IMG/VR virus record: IMGVR_UViG_3300031952_000015
Location: 6,146-70,145 of that record
Reading direction: 5' to 3' (one strand)
DNA from: a virus
DNA: 64,000 nucleotides
The position numbers were made by a program, and so were the translations under genes. The notes under the pieces are model-generated. The model saw only the letters and a list, made by a program, of their open reading frames with translations. It was not told the origin of the DNA and made no database searches. The stretch's first letter is position 1. Each line of letters starts with the position of its first letter. Shown here piece after piece: positions 19,043 through 27,650 of the stretch.

Positions 19043-19410
19043 CCGTACTCGAATGGAGGGAGATCGTCATCCTCGTCCCAGATCTTAGCTCCGCTTGGGT
19101 AGATGACCCCGCTGTGATAGATCCCAGCATGACCAGCATCATCGTGGATCTGGACGTGCTTTGTCTTAGGATTCCAAGCGATTGAGACGCTCCCGACCCA
19201 ATCATCTGGATACCGATGGTAGTTGACTGCGGTCGCGACTTGCCCGATCAAGCTGTAGAGATTACCGATAGTTGGAGCATCCGCAGTGCAGCTCTCTTGG
19301 AAGAATTCTAAAAGATCTTCATACTCGATGTAGTCCTCCAATCCAGATGGAATCCGCTTGAAGATCCCGGTATCAGAATCCATGATCTCAAGTTGTGGTT
19401 TGTCGCTCAT
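19030..19410 (-). CDS. Hypothetical acidic protein
   Basis: 126-aa ORF coupled to the TS-like gene. Confidence 0.55.
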   Translation of the reverse strand: MSDKPQLEIMDSDTGIFKRIPSGLEDYIEYEDLLEFFQESCTADAPTIGNLYSLIGQVATAVNYHRYPDDWVGSVSIAWNPKTKHVQIHDDAGHAGIYHSGVIYPSGAKIWDEDDDLPPFEYGCPS

Positions 19411-20093
19411 TTGTTCTCCTCCAATAGCTTGTCCATCTTATCCCAATGCTTCTCGTAGATGTGGAGGCTGCCGCAGTGGTGGAAGTACTTTCCGACTCCC
19501 ACGTTGAGCTCTGAGGCCATCCGCTTCTGCATCTGAGTGAAGCAATAGATGTCATTCCGAGTCCCGTAGTAGATGTCTTGCGACCGCATGTAGGTGTGCC
19601 AGTCGAGATTCCCGTCGCGCAAGAAGACGTGGAGGTACATTGTGCAGGGGAGATCCTTCGTCGGCTTCTCCTTATCATACGCTGAGTTGATGTTGATGAC
19701 GCACTGCCGAGAATCTGGATCCTCCCTGAGCTTCTTGACCACCCAATCCCACTGGTTGATTCCGATCTTAGGGTCCTTACCGAAGATCCGATAGCCATAG
19801 GCCGAATTCACAGTGATGCCGTCGTCTGAGAACTTCTCCCACGTCCGCTTGATAGTATCTGAGAAGTCGATCCGATTCGAGCCAGAGTAGTACCACTTGA
19901 GCTCCTCCTCAGCGTACTCAACGTTCGTCTCGAACCCCGGCAGAGTCACCTCATTGTAGCACGGATTAATCTCAAAGGTGAATCCAAAGACCTCTCTGAC
20001 ACTCATCCTGCGCGGAGCGGTGACGAGTCCCGCATCTCTCAACGTCCTGAGAGCTCTCAAGTACTCATGATTCACTGTCTCCACCAGATCCAT
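19407..20093 (-). CDS. Thymidylate synthase family protein, probably dCMP hydroxymethylase or methylase
   Basis: NSAYGYRI, DPDSRQ, catalytic PCT, MRSQDIYYGTRND, GSLHIYEKH; Asp rather than Asn at the base-specificity position. Confidence 0.8.
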   Translation of the reverse strand: MDLVETVNHEYLRALRTLRDAGLVTAPRRMSVREVFGFTFEINPCYNEVTLPGFETNVEYAEEELKWYYSGSNRIDFSDTIKRTWEKFSDDGITVNSAYGYRIFGKDPKIGINQWDWVVKKLREDPDSRQCVININSAYDKEKPTKDLPCTMYLHVFLRDGNLDWHTYMRSQDIYYGTRNDIYCFTQMQKRMASELNVGVGKYFHHCGSLHIYEKHWDKMDKLLEENK

Positions 20094-20415
20094 CGTTCTC
20101 TCCGAGCTTTACTTGAATCTCATCGAACTCCTCCTTGAACTGAGTCTTGATCTGCAGTATATAAATCAAGACTTCATTCAGGTCGTCATCCAATGTCTCA
20201 TTGTATCGCCGCTCTGATAAGACCGCAGACATCTCGGCTGGAGTCTTTGCTGAGAGGAATCTCACGATATACTCTGAAATTTCAACCAACCTCAGCGCGA
20301 TGCTCAGGCTCCCGTGCTTCTCAAGTTCGCAAAATCTAGTCCGATTCTGATCATAGTACGCGAGCGCGTCGCACATGGCCTCGTTGGCATTCCGTTTAAT
20401 CTCATCTTGTCCCAT
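20065..20415 (-). CDS. Hypothetical protein
   Basis: 116-aa ORF with GGAGGAG RBS. Confidence 0.55.
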   Translation of the reverse strand: MGQDEIKRNANEAMCDALAYYDQNRTRFCELEKHGSLSIALRLVEISEYIVRFLSAKTPAEMSAVLSERRYNETLDDDLNEVLIYILQIKTQFKEEFDEIQVKLGENDGSGGDSES

Positions 20416-20463
20416 CTCGTCTCCTCCATCAACTACTGCCTACTGCGGTAATGTATTGAAAGC

Positions 20464-20739
20464 CTAACTTTGTAAAACCGACGGATATGCGTCATTGTAC
20501 CGTGGATCTCGCTTGAGAGCAGACGCATCCGGACGAGGATACATCTCGATGAGCGGAGTGCTCTCCATCTCCTTGATCTTCTTGTCGATTGCGGCGATCT
20601 GCCGAAGCAACCCATCCTTGTCGGTGAGGTGCCGTTCCATGTCAATGACGTAGAGAAGCTTCCGCAATTTCTCTACGTTCTCTGCCGCTATCTTTGTCAA
20701 TTCCTTGTTGTCTTCCATGTCTTGTCCCTCCGGGCTCAA
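20464..20739 (-). CDS. Hypothetical protein
   Basis: 91-aa helical ORF. Confidence 0.5.
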   Translation of the reverse strand: MSPEGQDMEDNKELTKIAAENVEKLRKLLYVIDMERHLTDKDGLLRQIAAIDKKIKEMESTPLIEMYPRPDASALKRDPRYNDAYPSVLQS

Positions 20740-21146
20740 TAGCCCTCATCTTGTCTCTTGTGGTTGATCCCATTTTTCACACAATAAAGCCGGTAGAGTT
20801 CGTCTGCATCCATGTCGACTGCAATGCACCGGTTCATGAAGAAGTGGAATTCATCGACCAGTTCCATCTTAGCTCGCTCAATATTCCGCTCCGTTAAGAT
20901 CTGAGAGACCTTCCAAGGCTTCCATGGGAATTCTCTCAAGTACTCCATAATCTCGTCGATGTTCGCAAGCGTCATCACTCGGATAAATTGGATCCGAGCT
21001 TCATTAGATTTAAATGGGATCGTCTTCAGCCGAAGTTGGAGCTTCTTCTGAAGTTCAAACATCTCTCCGAGCCGATCAAGGACTGGCATTCTCACAGAAC
21101 TTCCCTCATCTCTTGTCTCGTCTTGTCCCATCTGGATCCCCCTCAT
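20736..21146 (-). CDS. All-alpha dNTP pyrophosphatase (T4 gp56-like dCTPase/dUTPase)
   Basis: DEIME...WKPWK...ELVDEFHFFMN...Y..KN..N..RQDEGY. Confidence 0.85.
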   Translation of the reverse strand: MRGIQMGQDETRDEGSSVRMPVLDRLGEMFELQKKLQLRLKTIPFKSNEARIQFIRVMTLANIDEIMEYLREFPWKPWKVSQILTERNIERAKMELVDEFHFFMNRCIAVDMDADELYRLYCVKNGINHKRQDEGY

Positions 21147-21354
21147 CTATGCGTATGAATTCTGACTCGTTTATTAAGTTTTCTATGGCGCATTTTTCCC
21201 TTGCTCAGATTCAACTATTGGTTCCATCGGCTTCTCTGGCTCCCTGAGATTTAAGAGCAGCTCATTGATCTGATCCTTTGTACTCTTGCTTGCCGTCATC
21301 TGAAAGAGCAGATCTAGTGCTCGGATGATGAGCTTCATGTCAGGATCGGCGAAC

Positions 21355-22074
21355 TCAATTAGCTTTGACATCTTGCGCCTCCGTTGCCGGCAGTCCAGAC
21401 TCGCCTGGCTTCGTCCGCTCGCACTCCTCAAAGTACGGACACTTGATGTTCTCCTTCTTCTGATGGCAATGCCAGTCGTTCGGGAATCCCTCCAGTCTCT
21501 CCGGGCTCTTCTTCGTCAACACTGCTGTGTAGATCCGCTTGAAGCCCTCGATCGTCTCATCGTAGATCTTTTCGCTAAACTTGATGGCGTGCTCCACGAT
21601 CTTGAAGGATGCCTTCTCAATGTAAGTTACTTGGCCGTGGCTCCGGTTCAATGCCTTCATGTAGAGCATCAGCTGCCGGACATGGCCGTCATCCGGCTTC
21701 TCCTCGCTGAATGAAAGCCAGGCAGTAGACTTCAGCTCGTCTAGCTCTGACATCTCGACATGGTCTGCATGGCCGACGATGACAAGTCCCTCCTGCTCAA
21801 TCTTCAGCGTCGGCTCATTGGCGATCCCCTCTCCCTTAGGCAAGACATGCTCTTGGAAGAAGTCGTGGATGATGTCTCCGACCAGCATCTTCTTTCGGGT
21901 CACTATGTCGAAGTCTCGCCTGCCGAGGATCTTCTCAAAGTAGACTTTTCGCATGCAACCTCCAGCTTGGCTTGCGTAGAAGACATTGTCAGCCGGTGGA
22001 GTCGGGTGCTCGCGCTCCTTCATCGCCTTGAACTGTTCCAGATATGCGTTCAAATAGTTTTCAACTCGTCCCAT
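21355..22074 (-). CDS. Cas4-like PD-(D/E)XK exonuclease with Fe-S cysteines
   Basis: ASQAGGCMRK, GDIIH, GHAD, ELKS, QLMLY, C-terminal C...CPYFEEC. Confidence 0.8.
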   Translation of the reverse strand: MGRVENYLNAYLEQFKAMKEREHPTPPADNVFYASQAGGCMRKVYFEKILGRRDFDIVTRKKMLVGDIIHDFFQEHVLPKGEGIANEPTLKIEQEGLVIVGHADHVEMSELDELKSTAWLSFSEEKPDDGHVRQLMLYMKALNRSHGQVTYIEKASFKIVEHAIKFSEKIYDETIEGFKRIYTAVLTKKSPERLEGFPNDWHCHQKKENIKCPYFEECERTKPGESGLPATEAQDVKAN

Positions 22075-22299
22075 CTTGATCCTCCATCCCCATCGCCATC
22101 CTCCTGTGGTATTTCTGCTGCTCTTCGCTCGACTCGTGCTCATCCTCGAGTATCATCTCTTGCTCGTCATTCATTTCATTCCCTCCGGTCCCTCGGTATC
22201 CATTTCTTCCCGTCAAAGACGAGTGATTCGTTATTGGGGACAAACGATTCAAAGATGTCTCCCTTCTGCATTCCCTTCAGTTTCCGCGGCCGACTCATC

Positions 22300-22548
22300 T
22301 CAATTCCTCCTTCCATGCTGTTTTTGGAAGTCTTCAAACTTCTGCGGTTTAAGTTTGTACAAGTCATCTCCGAATTTGTTGAATGGACCAGTTGGCGTAT
22401 GGAGAAAAACTCTGCCTTGCTCCCAGTTAATAATGAACTCACAGAGAATGTCATTAACTGCTTCCGTCTTGGTCATCTTGTGTTCGACAGCCCAGTGTCT
22501 AACGAATTTGTCTGTGTTATCTGTCAGGTCAAGTTGTATCAATGTCAT
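22300..22548 (-). CDS. Ribbon-helix-helix-like protein
   Basis: IQLDLTDNTDKFVRHWAVEHKMTKTEAVNDIL. Confidence 0.5.
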   Translation of the reverse strand: MTLIQLDLTDNTDKFVRHWAVEHKMTKTEAVNDILCEFIINWEQGRVFLHTPTGPFNKFGDDLYKLKPQKFEDFQKQHGRRN

Positions 22549-22832
22549 TTCAAGTCCTCCTCCGTCAGATTGAATGTCCCCACTACCCAGTTATATGCTC
22601 CGGCAAGTTGCTCCATCCCCAACGCACCACGATTTCCTATCCTCACAAGATTGTTGAACTCGTGCTTGTCCATCGCTTCTTTCAATCGTCTTGCGTGACG
22701 AATCGCCTCGGCTCTGAGGTCTGCTTTTCTAATCCATAGATTCTTATCAAAAGTAGCACCGTCACTCACTTGCCATACCATCTCCTTGAGAGATTTTAAT
22801 TCCTTCAGCGTCTTCAGTGGTTCGTCTGCCAT
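22545..22832 (-). CDS. MADEPLKTLKE-family small protein
   Basis: Paralogue of 23232-23660, sharing EPLKTLKE, DLRAEAI and FNLTExDLK. Confidence 0.65.
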   Translation of the reverse strand: MADEPLKTLKELKSLKEMVWQVSDGATFDKNLWIRKADLRAEAIRHARRLKEAMDKHEFNNLVRIGNRGALGMEQLAGAYNWVVGTFNLTEEDLK

Positions 22833-23035
22833 TATAGACCTAACTCCGCTTTCACCTGGCGTATTTCTTTCCGTAGTTGTTCTATTGCTTCTCTCTTAGG
22901 ATAAGGAATTGGAAATGCATTTTCTGGCATCCATCTTGCGCCTACCATATTGTGAAGACGTTTCTCCAATAATGTTAAAACTTCAATGTTATACTTTCTT
23001 GATTTCGCTGGAAAACTTAGTGGTTCGTCTGCCAT
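22832..23035 (-). CDS. MADEPL-family small protein
   Basis: Starts MADEPLS with the same DNA leader as its neighbours. Confidence 0.55.
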   Translation of the reverse strand: MADEPLSFPAKSRKYNIEVLTLLEKRLHNMVGARWMPENAFPIPYPKREAIEQLRKEIRQVKAELGL

Positions 23036-23231
23036 CTCAGTCACCATACCACTCGTCATACTCGTCTTTAGACTTGGTGTATTTCCGGTTCTCGCGGTTG
23101 GCTTCTTTGCCTTCCTGTTTCCTGCTTTCGTCCGTGTATGTCATCGCCTCAGTCATCCCCTCGCCTTGTCTCGTCTCTTGAGTTCTGCCGCAGCCACAAC
23201 AAACCGCTTTCTCAGATTCTTCATCCATCTT

Positions 23232-23660
23232 TCAAGTCCTCCTCCACACGCTCTCTTTATCTTTCCAATGTGTTGCTCCACAATCAAGACACTCTTCCAT
23301 CCCAGGAAATGAATAAACGCAAGTTCCAACATCTATTTTTCGCTTATGCTGGCAGGTTTCAAATGAGTCTTTGAGGTCCTTCTCTGTCAGATTGAAGAAT
23401 CTTTTAAGAAGCCAATTCATATACTCCTCAGCAAGTCGTTGTGGCCCCCACGATTCACTATCCATAGCGGCATCAAGAACATCTATGCCTTCGTTGTTCT
23501 CCATCTCATACGCAAACTTCTCAAAGAGATGGTGATTCTTGTTCTTTCCTAAAAGTTGAATCGCCTCGGCTCTGAGGTCAAAAACATACGCAAATTGTTG
23601 TAGCCCATCCTTAGTTGAGACTATCATCTCCTTCAGCGTCTTCAGTGGTTCGCCGGCCAT
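23232..23660 (-). CDS. MAGEPLKTLKE-family protein with Cys-rich extension
   Basis: Paralogue of 22545-22832 plus a CQH...CLDCG tail. Confidence 0.6.
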   Translation of the reverse strand: MAGEPLKTLKEMIVSTKDGLQQFAYVFDLRAEAIQLLGKNKNHHLFEKFAYEMENNEGIDVLDAAMDSESWGPQRLAEEYMNWLLKRFFNLTEKDLKDSFETCQHKRKIDVGTCVYSFPGMEECLDCGATHWKDKESVWRRT

Positions 23661-23810
23661 CATTCCCTCATGATGCTGTCCTGAAGCACTGAACTTGAGA
23701 CAGTGCTTGTTCGGTACAGCTTGACGCAATTCCCCTTGTGGAACCATCTTTCTCGGAATCTCACGGCGCTACTATCCATCGGACTGACTTGCTCTCCGCA
23801 ACCGGGGCAC

Positions 23811-24770
23811 TTAGACATCTTTGATCCCTCCACGGGTGATGATGAATGGTGCCTCGCCGTCCGGGAGGTGCGGAGCGTCGACCAGCTTCGCGACCTTAGT
23901 CCCCCTGGACCCCTTCCGCAAGTAGATGCGGTACATCGCATTGTGGCCGACGATATGGCCGCCAACTGCTCGAGTCGGATCGCCGAACAATTGGCCTGGA
24001 TTCACCATGACTTGGTTTGTGACATAGACGATGACGTTGTAGATGTCGGCGAGCCGTGTGAGGTGCTGGAGATGTTTGTTGAGCTTCTGTTGCCTCTCAG
24101 CGAGCGTCCCTCGCCCGAGGTACTCCCCCCTGAACGCGGCAGTAAGACTGTCGACGACGATGAGCTTCACAGGGAGCTTGTCGTCGGTGATCAGCCTCTC
24201 TGCCTTCTCAGCTAAGAGCATCTGATGGTCGGTCGAGTAGGATCGCGCATATTTTATGTTCTTCAAGACCAACTCTCCATCGATGCCGGCAGCCTCCGCG
24301 ATCTCCCGGATCCGCTGCGGCCTGAAGGACCCCTCGCTGTCAATCCAAATGCACACGCCGCTGTGGGGCTCTTTTTGGACGTTCACTGCGAGCTGATGGG
24401 CGATCTGCGTCTTGCCAGAGCTGAACTCGCCATAGCACTCAGTGATGCTCCCAGACTCGAACCCGCCGTCGATGAGCGCGTCGAGCTTCTCGCTCCCGAT
24501 CTTGACATGGAAGATCTTCTTCCGATATTCTTCCTGCTCGAACCCAGTCTTGAAGTCTAATCCGCAGAGCTCTCGCGCCGCGTTGATCAGCTTCATGGTG
24601 GAGAGCTTGTTCATCTCAGTGAGATCCATCACGTCGGCCACTGAGGCAGTCGCGATCTTCATCAAGGTGGAGTAGCCGGCGTTGATCAGCTTCTCCGCAG
24701 TCGCTGGTCCGACTCCAGGCAGGTCGGTGATCTCAGAAACAGTCTCCTCAGTCTCGGGCTTCTTCTTCAT
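23811..24770 (-). CDS. radA: Archaeal DNA recombinase RadA
   Basis: HhH DLPGVGPATAEKL, Walker A GEFSSGKTQ, IDSEGSFRPQRI, VVDSL, GRGTLAERQQKL, TNQV, GGHIVGH, KLVDAPHLP. Confidence 0.96.
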   Translation of the reverse strand: MKKKPETEETVSEITDLPGVGPATAEKLINAGYSTLMKIATASVADVMDLTEMNKLSTMKLINAARELCGLDFKTGFEQEEYRKKIFHVKIGSEKLDALIDGGFESGSITECYGEFSSGKTQIAHQLAVNVQKEPHSGVCIWIDSEGSFRPQRIREIAEAAGIDGELVLKNIKYARSYSTDHQMLLAEKAERLITDDKLPVKLIVVDSLTAAFRGEYLGRGTLAERQQKLNKHLQHLTRLADIYNVIVYVTNQVMVNPGQLFGDPTRAVGGHIVGHNAMYRIYLRKGSRGTKVAKLVDAPHLPDGEAPFIITRGGIKDV

Positions 24771-24957
24771 CTTGATCCTCGTCCAGCTTCATCTTCTCGA
24801 TGTTGCTCAGGTTGATCGCTTGGACTCCGCTCCGAGCGAGCTCGATCTTCGCGAACTGCCCGCCGTCGATCCCAAGGAACACTCCGTGGAGCGCCTTGAT
24901 CGCATCGCCGTCCTTGATGACCATCTTGACCCGCTTGTTCAGGAACTCTTCAAACAT
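24748..24957 (-). CDS. Sm/LSm-like small beta-barrel protein
   Basis: FLNKRVKMVIKDG...LHGVFLGID...INLSNIEKM. Confidence 0.45.
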   Translation of the reverse strand: MFEEFLNKRVKMVIKDGDAIKALHGVFLGIDGGQFAKIELARSGVQAINLSNIEKMKLDEDQDEEEARD

Positions 24958-25020
24958 GTGCTACCCTCCGAGAATTTGACTCATCTCGCCTCGCCTGCAG
25001 TGATGAATTCATTGCCATTT

Positions 25021-25470
25021 TTAATCTTTGCCCTCCTGACGCCACATTTTGAACTTCTCAAGACTCTGGTCATATCGCTTGCCCTTCCCGTACTTCTCAT
25101 CATCTGAAAGAGCATCCCATTCTTGATGACACTTCGAAGAACAAAAATACGAATATGTTGTGCCTCTAAAGTATCGAATAAGCCCGGGCGTTCCGCAGTT
25201 CGGGCAGTAAGAGACATATTCTCCAACTCCACACTCTTCATCATCAGGCAATTGTCCTCCTGTCAAATCCCACAACGGAAGCTTTGAACTGACAGAGTTA
25301 AACTTTGCACATTGGGCGGTTATCCCGAACTTATCATAGAACCATTGACGGATCGGCTTCCCCTCCATCGACATCGAACTTGAGAGATGAAACGCATACC
25401 TGCTCGTTTCCTTAAGTGCATCGCAATATTGGTCAATCACTTTCTGCACTGCCATCTGTGTATAGTTCAT
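25021..25470 (-). CDS. Zinc-finger (CxxC...FCSxxC) protein
   Basis: CPNCG...YFCSSKC. Confidence 0.55.
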   Translation of the reverse strand: MNYTQMAVQKVIDQYCDALKETSRYAFHLSSSMSMEGKPIRQWFYDKFGITAQCAKFNSVSSKLPLWDLTGGQLPDDEECGVGEYVSYCPNCGTPGLIRYFRGTTYSYFCSSKCHQEWDALSDDEKYGKGKRYDQSLEKFKMWRQEGKD

Positions 25471-25471
25471 T

Positions 25472-25813
25472 TCACTTCGCCTCCTGGATGATCTTCTTCA
25501 TCTCCCTAATCTTATTTGCCTTATCTTCGATCTTCTGCCGGATCTGGTCGATCTCAGCATTGTGCTCGCCGATCTCCTTCTTCAAGATCGCCATCTTGAA
25601 GGAGACGTGAGACTTGGACTTAGAATCTTTGGTGATGTCAAGGTCGCGGTCGAGCGAGATCAGCTTGTTGAGATATTGGTTGAGCGTGATGCGGTCAGCT
25701 CTCGTCTTCTGCTTCATCGTCCTTAGATCAATGAACCCAAGCTCGCCCAGGAATTTTTCATTGTCCTTGTGGACTATGAAGTGGCCCAAAAATCTCACTC
25801 GTCTCTTCTTCAT
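25472..25813 (-). CDS. Hypothetical protein with coiled-coil C-terminus
   Basis: 113-aa basic ORF next to the palindrome cluster. Confidence 0.55.
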   Translation of the reverse strand: MKKRRVRFLGHFIVHKDNEKFLGELGFIDLRTMKQKTRADRITLNQYLNKLISLDRDLDITKDSKSKSHVSFKMAILKKEIGEHNAEIDQIRQKIEDKANKIREMKKIIQEAK

Positions 25814-25847
25814 TCTCTTCCTCGTCTTTCATTACTGAAGAGTTAAG

Positions 25848-26093
25848 GGTGCCACCTGAGGGTGCCACCCGATCTTTTAGGTGCCACCTGACAGGTGGCA
25901 CCTGACTCTTCTTCTTAACTGGCTTCTTATCTTTTCTCATCTTTTGATCACCAAAGACCTATAAACCTGAGGTCCACCAATACGTTGAGACAGTCCTTTT
26001 ATAAACTGTTTCTGGTCCAGGATTTTTTAGTCAAACTTTTTGAAAGCACCTCATCTTCTGGAATTGCAGGTGCCACCTGACAGGTGGCACCTG
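25848..26093. repeat. GGTGCCACC iterons and two perfect palindromes (candidate origin or operator)
   Basis: AGGTGCCACCTG-A-CAGGTGGCACCT at 25879-25903 and within 26067-26093; half sites at 25848 and 25861; T/A-rich spacer. Confidence 0.8.
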
Positions 26094-26145
26094 TTTTTTA
26101 TATCATGAGTTCTCATCGGAAACACCTTTAGACTTCTTGTCGTTT

Positions 26146-27597
26146 TTAATCATTGCTCTCATTCTTCATCCCTAGATAAAATTTCTCCTCCTTGAGCTGG
26201 CAGACCCAGATGCAGTTCCTAGACTGCTTCGGGAACAGCGGCGCGAAGATGACTGAGACCAGATTGCAGTCATAGTACTCGCTGAGCTCATCGAAGAGTT
26301 GTCTCTGAGCAGGAGTCATCAGCTTCTCATAGTCCTTCTGGGATGCGAACGTGCCGTAGACCTTCTTGATCTTGAAGTACTTCGACAGCAGCATCTCCAT
26401 CTCAGCGTACGTCAGCTCGCCGACCTCTCCCTCGATCATGTGGTTGTCTGCGGCGCCGACCTTCGCGTCATAGCATGGCGTCGAGATCATCAGGACAGTA
26501 TTCTGGTTCATGTGTGATTGGATGTTCATCATGAACTGGTTATGGTTCTTCTTCCCGATGTGCTCGAGGACCTCGAAGCAGGTGATGAAGTCCCAACTAT
26601 TCCCATACTTCCCAGCGGGCGCCGCGATGTCTCCAGCCATCGTCGGATCGCACAGGTCTTCAACCTCAAATCTTACCCACTTGGTGACGAGATTCGCATA
26701 CTTCTCCTTGAGCGATTCGATCGTCTTATCTCGGATGTCGATCCCGAGATAGCTCTTAATGCAGCGGCGGTTGTGGTACAGCGTCGCCAGATTGCCACCA
26801 TCACCACAGCCCCAGTCCAAGAGAGTCTTCTCATGGAAGTTCGGCGTGATGAGCTTCAATAGATAGCTCCACCGGAGGTAGTGGGCGAAGATGTCGCGGT
26901 GGAACACATGGTTCTCGAACGAGACCTCAGGGTAGAGTTGGGTTCGGTTATACTTAGTTTTCCTCTTGACTGGACTCTCTGCAGGCTTCGGCGCATTATG
27001 CTCCTCAGCATCGATCTCCTGGTGCATTGCCTTGTCCTTCTCATAGTGCTCGAACATTTCTGCCACATTAACCTCCTCCACCGGCTTTGAGTACCCAGCT
27101 TCCCACTCCATGATGTAGTCGTAGATCATCTCTGGAGTCATGTCGTCAACGAACACAAGCAGCTTGCGCTTGATGTTCGACGCTGCGAACTCTCGCCCGA
27201 ATCGTATCAAGATCTCCGGGATCTGCTCTGGCTTGATGAACTTCCCGTCGAACCTTGACAGCACAAGCTCAGGCGATGCAGTCAAGACAATCAAGATTGT
27301 ATTCTCATTGAGCGTTCTCTCTAATTCTCGCATGTAGTCTGGATAGTAGTTTCTGAAGATCGGCCCATAAATGCACTCGCCGAGAAGAAATCTGTCATAG
27401 ATGATGTCGCAGCCCGCATTGAGATCCTTGATTCCTCGGATGTACTCTTGCCGAGCATACTCCTTCTGATCGCTTTGCGAGAGGTTGATCGGCGGGTTCT
27501 TGCAGTGGCGGACATCAAATGTCCCATGCTTGAGGAACTCGTTGATCAATGTAGTCTTTCCAGTACAGTCACATCCACAAATTAAATAATTTGTCAT
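26146..27597 (-). CDS. dNMP kinase fused to class I SAM-dependent methyltransferase
   Basis: N-terminal P-loop GCDCTGKTT and DRFLLGECIYG; C-terminal LLDWGCGDG, LGIDI and CFEVLEH. Confidence 0.85.
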   Translation of the reverse strand: MTNYLICGCDCTGKTTLINEFLKHGTFDVRHCKNPPINLSQSDQKEYARQEYIRGIKDLNAGCDIIYDRFLLGECIYGPIFRNYYPDYMRELERTLNENTILIVLTASPELVLSRFDGKFIKPEQIPEILIRFGREFAASNIKRKLLVFVDDMTPEMIYDYIMEWEAGYSKPVEEVNVAEMFEHYEKDKAMHQEIDAEEHNAPKPAESPVKRKTKYNRTQLYPEVSFENHVFHRDIFAHYLRWSYLLKLITPNFHEKTLLDWGCGDGGNLATLYHNRRCIKSYLGIDIRDKTIESLKEKYANLVTKWVRFEVEDLCDPTMAGDIAAPAGKYGNSWDFITCFEVLEHIGKKNHNQFMMNIQSHMNQNTVLMISTPCYDAKVGAADNHMIEGEVGELTYAEMEMLLSKYFKIKKVYGTFASQKDYEKLMTPAQRQLFDELSEYYDCNLVSVIFAPLFPKQSRNCIWVCQLKEEKFYLGMKNESND

Positions 27598-27650
27598 TTA
27601 CGTTCCCTCCGTAATTTTTTAATAGATCGCGGCATATCCATAGTCTTCAT

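Noticed and set aside
19407-20093. Ordinary thymidylate synthase thyA
   Set aside because: The specificity residue is Asp in an RND motif and a dCTPase-like gene is nearby, so the symbol was withheld
21355-22074. Cas4 as part of a CRISPR-Cas system
   Set aside because: No cas1, cas2, effector genes or array; solo Cas4-like nucleases are common in archaeal viruses
25758-25940. 60-aa ORF across the palindromes
   Set aside because: Its sequence is dictated by the DNA repeats and it overlaps the next gene; probably not coding
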